A DNA stretch of 64,000 nucleotides, from NCBI GenBank assembly GCA_965649765.1, contig OZ287756.1, positions 41,850,001 to 41,914,000 on the forward strand, written 5' to 3'. The stretch is from Bispira polyomma. Taxonomy: Eukaryota. This document shows, in pieces, positions 23,766 through 38,200 of this stretch. A program made the position numbers and the translations under genes. The notes under the pieces were generated by a model, which saw nothing but the letters and a program-made list of their open reading frames with translations, had not been told where the DNA came from and did no database searches. Position 1 is the first letter of the stretch; every line of letters starts with the position of its first letter.

Positions 23766-25976
23766 TTAACTTCAAAGATTTATGTATGTGTATTCTACAT
23801 GTAAATAGATAGATGAATTACTTAATTATAAGAACATTGTGTTTTACTTATAATACAGATATGTAAAAGCTTCCCATGTTTAAAATGGTAAAATTCACAA
23901 TTAATATCTATATTCTATATCTTCAATCATTTAAAAATGTGGATTTTCTATGTAAATATATGTTCTTGTATTGGTAATGTAACCAAAGAAATTTATATTT
24001 GTATGTACAAAAATGGGAAAGATAAAAATCACTACTCACTACCTAAATAAATTTTGCCATCATATACAAATGAAAACCTATGTACCACAGTGTTACCTGA
24101 TCTCTAATTGTTTGTCTTGTGCCCATATGGCCATTATGATTTGGGGGGGGGGGTAAAAATTTGGCAAGGGGGGTGAAAATATGGCACCCTCCTTGCCAAA
24201 TCCACACCCCCCAAGAAAAAAAAGGGGAGTAAAAATCTGGCGCTACACCAGTCCCTTCAAAACCTTAGGAGTTTGGATTTCTTCTAATAAGACTGAGATG
24301 TATGAACTAAACTTAAAACCTAAACTTAGAAGTGTCCAAAACATTATAAAGATCTGGTCAGCCCAGTCTCTAAGTTTAAAAGGTAAAGTTTCAATAATTA
24401 AAAGTCTAATTTTGAGTCAGATTAATATTATCTGTAGTATGGTATATGTACCACAATCGTTTAATAAAGAAATCAACAAATTTCTTTTCAGTGTCCTCTG
24501 GGGACAGATAGTAGACCAAAGGTAAAAATAAAAAGTGTTGTAAATGATACACAATACGGGGGTCTAAAAATAACCGATTTTAACAACACAATAACTGCAA
24601 TAAAGGCTGTTTGGATCAAATGTCTCCTTGATACTACAAATAAAAATGGTTTAAATAAATGGCGATATCTTACTTTGAAGATGTTTGGTGTAAAAAGTCC
24701 TGATATATTTGTCCATAAAGTAGATTTTTAAAATTCCTAACAGTTTCTGCCCTTAAATGATTTCTATAAACTAGTTGCCCTTTGTTGGTACCAGTTCTAT
24801 TCTGTAAAACCCCAAACCTATTCAGAAATTTTACAAGAAAAGCAACAATACAATCGGTTTATCTTGGTCGGTAATAAACCGTTGGATATAGAATGCAATA
24901 TGTTGCAACGCCATGGAATTATGAATATCAGTGACTTGGTGGAAAATAATGACATTATTCCAAGGAAAGAAGTAGTTCAAAAATTCAGTTGCCAGGTCTC
25001 CACTTTACTTTACAACTCCTTAATAAGTGCAATTCCAAAAATAATCAAACCTCAAAAACTTACCCTCCGTGATGTCCCACACATACAGAAGAACAAAATA
25101 AACTGTATTAGAAGTTCTATTAGGTATACTTTGTTCTAAAGAAACAGTAATGAGTGCAATCAACTTTGTCGTCCTATATGCCAAATGGTACATATACATT
25201 CATATAACACACAATCTCTCGCTCTCATTTCTGTAATTTTTGAGAAAAAAAATCAATGACGAAATTTTAAGAATAAAACTCACTGAACATAATAAAACAG
25301 CTATTATTGAAACCTGGAACAGAATATATTTTTTTTTGTTAGACAGAATTTAATGAAATATATTTGTGGATGTAATTCCTAATGTAATGTATGTTTTTGA
25401 TTAGTAATTTATGCCACTTTATTCATTGTGTACTGTAATTGAAATACTATGAAAACAATGAAATGTTAAAAACAAAAATTTTTTTATAAAGTGTGGGTGT
25501 ATTAGCAGTTCTTTGAATGATAGTTTGTGTCTTTGTAGTAGTTCAGTTTTCAACCAGCAGAGAATTATTATATCTACAAAAGAAGAAGGAGGACTGAGAA
25601 AAAAATATCTCTCACATTTTTTAAATTATTTAACGGTGTATATGGAATGAAGTTCTGAGAAAAACTGGATAAAATTCTGTGACAATAATATGTGATACCA
25701 TAGAGGTACGTTTTATATTCATATAAATAAAGTAAATACACTTTAATACTTCATATGGTTAATAATAGAGAATTTGTTTACAGATGCCACAATATACACA
25801 TAGGCAATGCTGTGACAGGCATTAAGTTTGCTGTCTCACACTTAATGAGAATAATTTTTTAAGTAGTCCACTAAAAATGCCTAGAATCCACCTGATGGGC
25901 CTTGTCCACACAATGTCAAGAGTTGTGAAGATTTTTATAGATATGCTGAACTAGATTTATGCTCTAGCTATGAACT

Positions 25977-28900
25977 TATATATATATATATATATAGTTT
26001 ATTTGTACTCAAAGTACATTTTTTTATAATATACAAACATGATAGGAACAAACAATACAGAAAAAACAATACATAATATGTACATAATAAAGAATACTGC
26101 ATGTTATATTATACTGTACATACATATTTTAATATCTCATTTATTTCCTGATGGGTTAAAAAAGTATTTCCATCCTCCCTCAGACTTAATAGGTCCTGTA
26201 TAATATTTATATGAACAGCATCATCAACACTAAGCTTTTCATTTTCACAACATAGGTTTTCATTATAATTAGAATAATCACTCTGCATGCCATACTTGTG
26301 TTTAATAAATACATAACTTTGCAAACATTAGAACAACTACCACTTTTTGCTAAATTGGAACATAAATTAATCAAACTATTCTCACTACACATTGCATCAC
26401 TGAAAAATTTAACAAACCTTTTATGTAACTGCATTTCTTCAGTTCTGCCATTTAAAATATAAGGTAAAAGCCTACAGTGTGTGTTATAGGGTGTATTTTA
26501 TAACCTACATTTAACTTATACATTTACACCATGTTACATAAAATCTGCTTACATCATTACCAGAGAAGTCCCACAAACAACAGCCATACAATGGCATACA
26601 GTATGCTTTTAACAATTTGTATTTTATCTCAGTATTAGACATGTGAAAATAAGACATTATTATATTTACATTTGCTACAAATTCATTTATATTTTTCTGT
26701 ATTATTCCCAATAAGATTTCCCAGATGGCTTGCATTTGGTGTCACAATATATTTTATGAGTGTTAAACATTATATATTCATTGTTGTCATTATTTCTTGA
26801 AGAACCAAAGCTCACAAGCTTAGTTTTGCTAGGGTTGAACTTTACATGATAATCCTTACCAAAAACATGTACAATTTGTAACAGTAACTTAGTTGATGTT
26901 AAGATTAGAGCTAAAATTGTCACATCATCTGCATATGCCAATGCTCCAAATAATGTATTGCCTATCCAACAGCCATAACCTGACCATATTAACATTTGAA
27001 GGAGCTCATCAAAGTAAACTGTAAATAATATAGGTGACCACAGCCATCCTTGTTTCACACCATTTTTAACACCGAATTCAGATGAATACCAGTTTTCCCA
27101 CTTGACTCGTAAGTTTTGTTGAGTGTATAACATAATTAAAAATCTAGGTGTCACAGGACATACCCTTCTCTTAATGAGGACATTTAAAAAGTTAAACATA
27201 TTGTACACAATCGAATGCTTGTGTTGCATCAAGTAGAAGGCAATACACATTACTATTATTGTTACCATAATACTGCACAATTTCTTTCAGAACAAAAGTA
27301 CACTAGAATGTTTACTTTTAAAACCAAATTGTAAATCACATGTGTTTAGAGCATTACTGTTTTGAGAAAGTATTACATTATCAAACAGTTTACCCAATAT
27401 ACTACTCAAGGTTATCGCTCTAAAGTTGTTAGATTCATTACAAGATTTACGTTTGTTTCTAATTATTGGAGTTATAGTACCAAGGGTCATATCACCTGGT
27501 ATAGCACCATGACATAACATACATGAGAACAATATTGAAATATATAAAAATGACAAGTGGGGAGCATTTATTATGTTACAAGAAAATGTATCCCATCACC
27601 TTTGTTATTCTTCAATTTAGCAACACTATCAATTACATCATTTACAGTAATTAAATGCTTATTATAATACTTGCCTTCAATACAATTCCTAACAATTTTA
27701 TTATCAATACTGTTACATAATGTTTTCATCTCTTCATCTTTATAAGGTACAGAAGTATATAAGGTCTTATATTTATCTCTAAATAAATCACAAATATTCT
27801 GTTTTGCAGTTACATTATCAACATTCAGAATATTATTACTTAATTTCTTTTTCACTTCAGTCCAGAATTTTCTGGAGTTGTTACACGATATTGTATCAGA
27901 CATTGCCTTTGCACATATACCATTCTGATTGTTCTTAGCAAACCGAATAGAATAATGATATTGAGCTTGAGTCCTCCGTCTTATGTCAGCAATGATACCA
28001 TTATGTGGAGAACCATTACTTCTCCACATATTATGCAAGAAGATGGCTGATTGCTTTTTTGAACATACAAATTCATTCCAAATAGGAATATTACCTTTCT
28101 TATTAACTGTATTGGTGGTAGGAATACACATATCAGCAGCATCTACATGAGCATTTATAATGGATTCATAAAAATTATTAAAATGCTCTTAATGTATATC
28201 ACAGAAGTAGTCATTACATTTCAATGCATCCCATGGGATATTAATTTTAGTTAAAGTAAGATCAATCAAAGACTGATAATTAGTAATGTCAACATCAGTG
28301 GCCTTTTCCCAACAAATGGATTTATTGTTCGCATTTACATTTACAGTTGTATATTTCACTTTAGTACAAATTACACTTAAACATACCACAGAGTGATCAG
28401 ACAAATTATCACCGTCATGAAGAACATCATATGTCATAATGCCATCATACAATTTACGAGAAACAAAAAAGTGATCAATTATTGACACACCCTCATTACT
28501 TGTGCTCTTATAAGTGAAATCTATTTTGCTTAAGCTGCATTTATTGCGACATTTAAACGATTCATTGGACACAAATTCTCTAATAACTTTTGTAGCTCTA
28601 TGGTTCGATTGGTTTAGATCAGCATTAAAATCACCACCTAGGATAATATAATTTACTGATGCAGTTTTGCAAATAGAGGACACCATTAATAATATAATAT
28701 TAACTTCTTCAACATAACTGTCCATATTGGAGTTACATGTAATGTACACATTAATTAAAAGTATAGCAGTGTTCTTGAAAATAGCATTTACAGCACAGAT
28801 ACGAGAAGAGTTGACATAAACTTGCAGGGGGGCCGCAGTGGCCTAGTGGTTAGCAAGCATTATGCTTCACTGGTCTCTCACCTCTGGGCAGCGAGAGTTT

Positions 28901-30600
28901 GAATCCCATCGATGCCTATGTGGGAAAGGTGGTAGTTCCTTACTGTGAGCAGCTGGTTTGAGTGCAGAACCTTGATCAACTGTATACAGTGTTTCCTCCA
29001 GTGTTTCCAACTACCCGTCCCAATATAACCTAAACAGGTAGTAGAGTGGATGTTAAATATCCAAATTCAAAAAAAAAAGACATAAATTGGCACTTTGGCT
29101 ATTAGACTACACTTCCACAATATAGAACATCCTTCATACGGACGTCCCAGTAAGAGTTCATTGGGATTCATCCCAGATATTGTATGAGACTTTACATTGT
29201 ACAGATTGTTTTCAAAGAAACTGACTTGTCTACTATGCGACCAGTGTTCCTGTATAAAACAAAATCATTTCTATCACACAGGATTTGTTTTTATTTTACT
29301 TATCAATACCATGTCCACGACTATTATAAGAACATATAGAGGGAGCTGAAGCCATATTTAAAGGGTTCAGGAAATATACAATTAAAGTGTAACATTAATA
29401 TAGTCTACTTATAGTAGAATGGTTGTACTTTCAAATCTTCTGGCCAAAGCTCGCCGTCAAACAACGGCTGATACTGCGAAACTGGCACTGTTAGTTTATA
29501 GGACTCGAATTTGGCATTCATGTTTGAAACACACTCAAGAGACCTCACTGTCACACCACGGTCAACAATTTATGTTTTAAGATCCTCTAGTTGTGTACTT
29601 ATGTCCACACGGAAGATAAACAAATGTCTATCTGGTTCTGGAGCTCCTCTAACTCAAGTGTCTGCTTGTGTAGCACTACCAGCAACTAACCATTTCTTCT
29701 TCATTTGTTGTCTTCGCTTCTGTTTTAGCATGTATGAAGCCAACCTAAATTGCTCATCACTGTCTTTCCCATCAGACATCAGACTCCCACCCGACACCTT
29801 GTTATACTGGCCTTGAACACTCAATGGTTGTATACTCCACCTATTACCAGCATCATTAGACCTGTTGTGGTTGTCTCTCTTTTATGTTTCACTGTGTTTG
29901 GTTCTCCCCTCTGCTGTATTTTTTGATGTCTGACTGGTCTTTGAGTCTAACTTTCTCTGTTCTAGTGAGTTACCACTCACAACGTTAGCATAACTACTAC
30001 GATTTTCTATCTCCTCACGCATCACCATACTCTCACCTGTATTTCTATCTAATTGCTCTTGCATTTTACTTATCCTGGTCTCAAATTAGTTTAGCCTATC
30101 ACACAGCGTTATATTATTTAACTCCTCCAGGTGTGACCTAAGGATAATTTCCAAGGCCAGAGTACCAACAGAAATTTGAGGAAGTCTGTTTGCAATATCC
30201 AACTTCATGACGGCATTATTAATGTCAGTAGCATGCACTTGCTTCTCTGTTCAGATGTTGCTACCTCTTCTGCTCTTCTTAGCTCCAATAACCCTTGTCC
30301 CACAAAAGGACCAAAGCATGTCTTTTCCTTATAATATTTGTGTCTCTGTGAAGTGTCCCATCACTGCTTGTTTAATGTTATCACTAGATGCACTCTGCAT
30401 AGATAATAAAATGTAGCCCAAGATTGGCTGCATTAGAACTTTGTCTGTACTATATACGCCAGAGTCTAGGCTAGGGTTGTTATCCTCAATAGGAATTTTT
30501 TTCTCAGTGTTTGTTCTGTATCTTGCTGATCAATTGACACTCTGTTCTCTACACATGGACCCAGTCTAAATTCTCTCTGTGCAGCCATGGCTTTGGTGAT
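25977..30600 (-). mobile_element. Degenerate near full-length APE-type LINE, RTE group (Proto2/RTE-X-like), with ORF1 and ORF2
   Basis: ILGGDFNAD, IDHF, SDHS; NFRAITLSS, LQFGFK, GVKQG..SPILF, LAYADD, FNPSKT, YCMPLYG..LW; AATAAA plus (TA)n tail. Clade is tentative. Confidence 0.85.
28827..29078 (+). mobile_element. tRNA-derived SINE nested in the LINE endonuclease region
   Basis: Same family as 13402-13653. TSD GACATAAACTTGCA/GACATAAATTGGCA and an A tail. Confidence 0.9.
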
Positions 30601-30617
30601 GACTTTTTCTGCAGCTT
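30123..30617 (-). other. 495-bp unique central spacer, corresponding to the 5' end/ORF1 start of the left LINE copy
   Basis: On the - strand it reads ...LMQPILGYILLSMQSASSDNIKQAVMGHFTETQIL*GKDMLW...RSHLEELNNITLCDRL and runs on into the 29882-30064 ORF. It is not duplicated. Confidence 0.85.
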
Positions 30618-33600
30618 GTTAAATAATATAACGCTGTGTGATAGGCTAAACTAATTTGAGACCAGGATAAGTAAAATGCAAGAGCAAGTAGATAAAAATA
30701 CAGGTGAGAGTATGGTGATGCGTGAGGAGATAGAAAATCGTAGTAGTTATGCTAACGTTGTGAGTGGTAACTCACTAGAACAGAGAAAGTTAGACTCAAA
30801 GACCAGTCAGACATCAAAAAATACAGTAGAGGGGAGAACCAAACACAGTGAAACATAAAAGAGAGACAACCACAACAGGTCTAATGATGCTGGTAATAGG
30901 TGGAGTATACAACCATTGAGTGTTCAAGGCCAGTATAACAAGGTGTCGGGTGGGAGTCTGATGTCTGATGGGAAAGACAGTGATGAGCAATTTAGGTTGG
31001 CTTCATACATGCTAAAACAGAAGCGAAGACAACAAATGAAGAAGAAATGGTTAGTTGCTGGTAGTGCTACACAAGCAGACACTTGAGTTAGAGGAGCTCC
31101 AGAACCAGATAGACATTTGTTTATCTTCCGTGTGGACATAAGTACACAACTAGAGGATCTTAAAACATAAATTGTTGACCGTGGTGTGACAGTGAGGTCT
31201 CTTGAGTGTGTTTCAAACATGAATGCCAAATTCGAGTCCTATAAACTAACAGTGCCAGTTTCGCAGTATCAGCCGTTGTTTGACGGTGAGCTTTGGCCAG
31301 AAGATTTGAAAGTACAACCATTCTACTATAAGTAGACTATATTAATGTTACACTTTAATTGTATATTTCCTGAACCCTTTAAATATGGCTTCAGCTCCCT
31401 CTATATGTTCTTATAATAGTCGTGGACATGGTATTGATAAGTAAAATAAAAACAAATCCTGTGTGATAGAAATGATTTTGTTTTATACAGGAACACTGGT
31501 CGCATAGTAGACAAGTCAGTTTCTTTGAAAACAATCTGTACAATGTAAAGTCTCATACAATATCTGGGATGAATCCCAATGAACTCTTACTGGGACGTCC
31601 GTATGAAGGATGTTCTATATTGTGGAAGTGTAGTCTAATAGCCAAAGTGCCAATTTATGTCTTTTTTTTTTTGAATTTGGATATTTAACATCCACTCTAC
31701 TACCTGTTTAGGTTATATTGGGACGGGTAGTTGGAAACACTGGAGGAAACACTGTATACAGTTGATCAAGGTTCTGCACTCAAACCAGCTGCTCACAGTA
31801 AGGAACTACCACCTTTCCCACATAGGCATCGATGGGATTCAAACTCTCGCTGCCCAGAGGTGAGAGACCAGTGAAGCATAATGCTTGCTAACCACTAGGC
31901 TACTGCGGCCCCCCTCCAAGTTTATGTCAACTCTTCTCGTATCTGTGCTGTAAATGCTATTTTCAAGAACACTGCTATACTTTTAATTAATGTGTACATT
32001 ACATGTAACTCCAATATGGACAGTTATGTTGAAGAAGTTAATATTATATTATTAATGGTGTCCTCTATTTGCAAAACTGCATCAGTAAATTATATTATCC
32101 TAGGTGGTGATTTTAATGCTGATCTAAACCAATCGAACCATAGAGCTACAAAAGTTATTAGAGAATTTGTGTCCAATGAATCGTTTAAATGTCGCAATAA
32201 ATGCAGCTTAAGCAAAATAGATTTCACTTATAAGAGCACAAGTAATGAGGGTGTGTCAATAATTGATCACTTTTTTGTTTCTCGTAAATTGTATGATGAC
32301 ATTATGACATATGATGTTCTTCATGACGGTGACAATTTGTCTGATCACTCTGTGGTATGTTTAAGTGTAATTTGTACTAAAGTGAAATATACAACTGTAA
32401 ATGTAAATGCGAACAATAAATCCATTTGTTGGGAAAAGGCCACTGATGTTGACATTACTAATTATCAGTCTTTGATTGATCTTACTTTAACTAAAATTAA
32501 TATCCCATGGGATGCATTGAAATGTAATGACTACTTCTGTGATATACATTAAGAGCATTTTAATAATTTTTATGAATCCATTATAAATGCTCATGTAGAT
32601 GCTGCTGATATGTGTATTCCTACCACCAATACAGTTAATAAGAAAGGTAATATTCCTATTTGGAATGAATTTGTATGTTCAAAAAAGCAATCAGCCATCT
32701 TCTTGCATAATATGTGGAGAAGTAATGGTTCTCCACATAATGGTATCATTGCTGACATAAGACGGAGGACTCAAGCTCAATATCATTATTCTATTCGGTT
32801 TGCTAAGAACAATCAGAATGGTATATGTGCAAAGGCAATGTCTGATACAATATCGTGTAACAACTCCAGAAAATTCTGGACTGAAGTGAAAAAGAAATTA
32901 AGTAATAATATTCTGAATGTTGATAATGTAACTGCAAAACAGAATATTTGTGATTTATTTAGAGATAAATATAAGACCTTATATACTTCTGTACCTTATA
33001 AAGATGAAGAGATGAAAACATTATGTAACAGTATTGATAATAAAATTGTTAGGAATTGTATTGAAGGCAAGTATTATAATAAGCATTTAATTACTGTAAA
33101 TGATGTAATTGATAGTGTTGCTAAATTGAAGAATAACAAAGGTGATGGGATACATTTTCTTGTAACATAATAAATGCTCCCCACTTGTCATTTTTATATA
33201 TTTCAATATTGTTCTCATGTATGTTATGTCATGGTGCTATACCAGGTGATATGACCCTTGGTACTATAACTCCAATAATTAGAAACAAACGTAAATCTTG
33301 TAATGAATCTAACAACTTTAGAGCGATAACCTTGAGTAGTATATTGGGTAAACTGTTTGATAATGTAATACTTTCTCCAAACAGTAATGCTCTAAACACA
33401 TGTGATTTACAATTTGGTTTTAAAAGTAAACATTTTAGTGTACTTTTGTTCTGAAAGAAATTGTGCAGTATTATGGTAACAATAATAGTAATGTGTATTG
33501 CCTTCTACTTGATGCAACACAAGCATTCGATCGTGTACAATATGTTTAACTTTTTAAATGTCCTCATTAAGAGAAGGGTATGTCCTGTGACACCTAGATT

Positions 33601-34764
33601 TTTAATTATGTTATACACTCAACAAAACTTACGAGTCAAGTGGGAAAACTGGTATTCATCTGAATTCGGTGTTAAAAATGGTGTGAAACAAGGATGGCTG
33701 TGGTCACCTATATTATTTACAGTTTACTTTGATGAGCTCCTTCAAATGTTAATATGGTCAGGTTATGGCTGTTGGATAGGCAATACATTATTTGGAGCAT
33801 TGGCATATGCAGATGATGTGACAATTTTAGCTCTAATCTTAACATCAACTAAGTTACTGTTACAAATTGTACATGTTTTTGGTAAGGATTATCATGTAAA
33901 GTTCAACCCTAGCAAAACTAAGCTTGTGAGCTTTGGTTCTTCAAGAAATAATGACAACAATGAATATATAATGTTTAACACTCATAAAATATATTGTGAC
34001 ACCAAATGCAAGCCATCTGGGAAATCTTATTGGGAATAATACAGAAAAATATAAATGAATTTGTAGCAAATGTAAATATAATAATGTCTTATTTTCACAT
34101 GTCTAATACTGAGATAAAATACAAATTGTTAAAAGCATACTGTATGCCATTGTATGGCTGTTGTTTGTGGGACTTCTCTGGTAATGATGTAAGCAGATTT
34201 TATGTAACATGGTGTAAATGTATAAGTTAAATGTAGGTTATAAAATACACCCTATAACACACACTGTAGGCTTTTACCTTATATTTTAAATGGCAGAACT
34301 GAAGAAATGCAGTTACATAAAAGGTTTGTTAAATTTTTCAGTGATGCAATGTGTAGTGAGAATAGTTTGATTAATTTATGTTCCAATTTAGCAAAAAGTG
34401 GTAGTTGTTCTAATGTTTGCAAAGTTATGTATTTATTAAACACAAGTATGGCATGCAGAGTGATTATTCTAATTATAATGAAAACCTATGTTGTGAAAAT
34501 GAAAAGCTTAGTGTTGATGATGCTGTTCATATAAATATTATACAGGACCTATTAAGTCTGAGGGAGGATGGAAATACTTTTTTAACCCATCAGGAAATAA
34601 ATGAGATATTAAAATATGTATGTACAGTATAATATAACATGCAGTATTCTTTATTATGTACATATTATGTATTGTTTTTTCTGTATTGTTTGTTCCTATC
34701 ATGTTTGTATATTATAAAAAAATGTACTTTGAGTACAAATAAACTATATATATATATATATATA
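30618..34764 (+). mobile_element. Mirror copy of the RTE-group LINE, lacking the first ~0.5 kb
   Basis: Begins at the inversion junction. Confidence 0.85.
31662..31914 (-). mobile_element. tRNA-derived SINE (mirror of 28827-29078)
   Basis: Reverse complement. Confidence 0.9.
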
Positions 34765-35260
34765 AGTTCATAGCTAGAGCATAAATCTAGTTCAGCATAT
34801 CTATAAAAATCTTCACAACTCTTGACATTGTGTGGACAAGGCCCATCAGGTGGATTCTAGGCATTTTTAGTGGACTACTTAAAAAATTATTCTCATTAAG
34901 TGTGAGACAGCAAACTTAATGCCTGTCACAGCATTGCCTATGTGTATATTGTGGCATCTGTAAACAAATTCTCTATTATTAACCATATGAAGTATTAAAG
35001 TGTATTTACTTTATTTATATGAATATAAAACGTACCTCTATGGTATCACATATTATTGTCACAGAATTTTATCCAGTTTTTCTCAGAACTTCATTCCATA
35101 TACACCGTTAAATAATTTAAAAAATGTGAGAGATATTTTTTTCTCAGTCCTCCTTCTTCTTTTGTAGATATAATAATTCTCTGCTGGTTGAAAACTGAAC
35201 TACTACAAAGACACAAACTATCATTCAAAGAACTGCTAATACACCCACACTTTATAAAAA

Positions 35261-38200
35261 AATTTTTGTTTTTAACATTTCATTGTTTTCATAGTATTTC
35301 AATTACAGTACACAATGAATAAAGTGGCATAAATTACTAATCAAAAACATACATTACATTAGGAATTACATCCACAAATATATTTCATTAAATTCTGTCT
35401 AACAAAAAAAAATATATTCTGTTCCAGGTTTCAATAATAGCTGTTTTATTATGTTCAGTGAGTTTTATTCTTAAAATTTCGTCATTGATTTTTTTTCTCA
35501 AAAATTACAGAAATGAGAGCGAGAGATTGTGTGTTATATGAATGTATATGTACCATTTGGCATATAGGACGACAAAGTTGATTGCACTCATTACTGTTTC
35601 TTTAGAACAAAGTATACCTAATAGAACTTCTAATACAGTTTATTTTGTTCTTCTGTATGTGTGGGACATCACGGAGGGTAAGTTTTTGAGGTTTGATTAT
35701 TTTTGGAATTGCACTTATTAAGGAGTTGTAAAGTAAAGTGGAGACCTGGCAACTGAATTTTTGAACTACTTCTTTCCTTGGAATAATGTCATTATTTTCC
35801 ACCAAGTCACTGATATTCATAATTCCATGGCGTTGCAACATATTGCATTCTATATCCAACGGTTTATTACCGACCAAGATAAACCGATTGTATTGTTGCT
35901 TTTCTTGTAAAATTTCTGAATAGGTTTGGGGTTTTACAGAATAGAACTGGTACCAACAAAGGGCAACTAGTTTATAGAAATCATTTAAGGACAGAAACTG
36001 TTAGGAATTTTAAAAATCTACTTTATGGAGAAATATATCAGGACTTTTTACACCAAACATCTTCAAAGTAAGATATCGCCATTTATTTAAACCATTTTTA
36101 TTTGTAGTATCAAGGAGACATTTGATCCAAACAGCCTTTATTGCAGTTATTGTGTTGTTAAAATCGGTTATTTTTAGACCCCCGTATTGTGTATCATTTA
36201 CAACACTTTTTATTTTTACCTTTGGTCTACTATCTGTCCCCAGAGGACACTGAAAAGAAATTTGTTGATTTCTTTATTAAACGATTGTGGTACATATACC
36301 ATACTACAGATAATATTAATCTGACTCAAAATTAGACTTTTAATTATTGAAACTTTACCTTTTAAACTTAGAGACTGGGCTGACCAGATCTTTATAATGT
36401 TTTGGACACTTCCAAGTTTAGGTTTTAAGTTTAGTTCATACATCTCAGTCTTATTAGAAGAAATCCAAACTCCTAAGGTTTTGAAAGGACTGGTGTAGCG
36501 CCAGATTTTTACTCCCCTTTTTTTTCTTGGGGGGTGTGGATTTGGCAAGGAGGGTGCCATATTTTCACCCCCCTTGCCAAATTTTTATCCCCCCCCCCAA
36601 ATCATAATGGCTATATGGGCACAAGACAAACAATTAGAGATCAGGTAACACTGTGGTACATAGGTTTTCATTTGTATATGATGGCAAAATTTATTTAGGT
36701 AGTGAGTAGTGATTTTTATCTTTCCCATTTTTGTACATACAAATATAAATTTCTTTGGTTACATTACCAATACAAGAACATATATTTACATAGAAAATCC
36801 ACATTTTTAAATGATTGAAGATATAGAATATAGATATTAATTGTGAATTTTACCATTTTAAACATGGGAAGCTTTTACATATCTGTATTATAAGTAAAAC
36901 ACAATGTTCTTATAATTAAGTAATTCATCTATCTATTTACATGTAGAATACACATACATAAATCTTTGAAGTTAACTAGATTACTAGATAATTGACTTCT
37001 CATTGTGGTATACACCACAAACTGAATTGATCAGTTATTACCTAAATGTGGCTTCTCATAGTACAAGTCATCACTACTTTGATTACTTGATTGTTTGTTT
37101 AACTGGATTACTAGATGATTGAATGTAGCTTCTCATTGTGGTATACACTAACACAAAGCTGACTTGATGAATTGACCACTTAATACCTGAATGCGGCTTC
37201 TCATAGTGCAAGTCATCAGTACTTGGATTAATTGATTGTTTGATTAACTGGATTACTTGATGATTGAAAGTGGCTTCTCATCAGTACTTTGATCACTTGA
37301 TTACTTGATTGTAAGTGACTTTACATAATATAGTCACCAGCATTAAGCTTACTTGATTACTTCAATAGATGTGGCTTCTCATAGTGTGATATATATATTT
37401 TTATGGTAACTTCAGGAAATACCCTTTGAAATTATCTTGATGGTGGCTTCTTACTTTTAAATAGTAAAATTACACACATGGCTTCCCTTAAAAACTGAAC
37501 AACCTTAAGTGTATATAAAGAGGTGCTGTAAAAGCTAAGTTCATTATATTTCATGTGTTGTTAGTTGATGAAAGAGTTGTATGAAGTGTTTTTTTTTATA
37601 ATAATAAAATGGCATGTGTTAGTTAATGAAATAGTTGTATGAAGTGGTTTTTATAATAATAAAAGGACATGACTTGTGTTGTTAGTTTATAAAAGAGTTG
37701 TATGAAGTGTTGTTTGTTTTATTTGGGTAAAATAGTTAGCCATTTCACTGGACCATATGAAATAGCAGAAGAAGTTGGAAAAGGCGTTTACAAACTGAAA
37801 AATCTAAAGACAAACAAACTCTTAGCCAAATTGTATAATGCTATGAGGTTTAAGAAATGTCACAGTGCTGATGAGAAATCATCTCAGAGTCCTCCAGTAA
37901 AAAGGAAATGTGATGAGGATACAGCTGAGTTACCTCAACTAAAAAGACACACTAGCTTTGTGGATGACAACTGGCTCCCCAAGCTTCATTTAAAAGCCTC
38001 TGATCGTGAAGTTATTGTTAGTGGTCAAGAATTAAATGACAGATGTATGGATGCCGCTTCCATCTCGTTAATGAAACAGTTCCCAGAAGTTCATGGGTTG
38101 CAGTCTGTATTGTTGATAAAGGACATACAACATTGTAAACAGATAGAAACTAGTGTTACGAGTGTCCAGATTATCCACCAGGAAAGCAGACATCACTCTA

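Larger units (their letters stand above)
21837..24247 (-). mobile_element. Internally deleted Ginger1-like DNA transposon
   Basis: TGT...ACA termini, imperfect TIR TGTA[A/G][T/C]GCCA, 4-bp TSD CCGG/CCAG and G/C-run subterminal repeats. Retains the GPY/F integrase tail and an Ulp1-like protease. Confidence 0.85.
19640..25480 (+). mobile_element. Degenerate L1/Tx1-like LINE ORF2 (APE + RT), interrupted by Ginger
   Basis: FFQETHS, IIIGGDFN, YTW, SRLDMF, DHS; NWRPISVLNTDY, DFEKAFDSI, IRQGCCLS, QLADNT. Resumes as PFKTLGVW after 24251. Many stops and frameshifts; ends approximate. Confidence 0.9.
1..30122. repeat. Left arm of giant inverted repeat (probably extends beyond the left edge)
   Basis: Position 1 (GATAACTATAATGC) is the reverse complement of sequence ending at 54494. 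Mirrored ORF pairs occur throughout (e.g. 29882-30064 - vs 30676-30858 +; 15253-16197 - vs 45004-45948 +). Complementarity ends at 30122/30618. Confidence 0.98.

Noticed and set aside
25539-25975. Two apparent exons separated by a 78-bp GT-AG intron
   Set aside because: The joined frame has about as many stops as expected by chance in AT-rich DNA and no recognisable motif.
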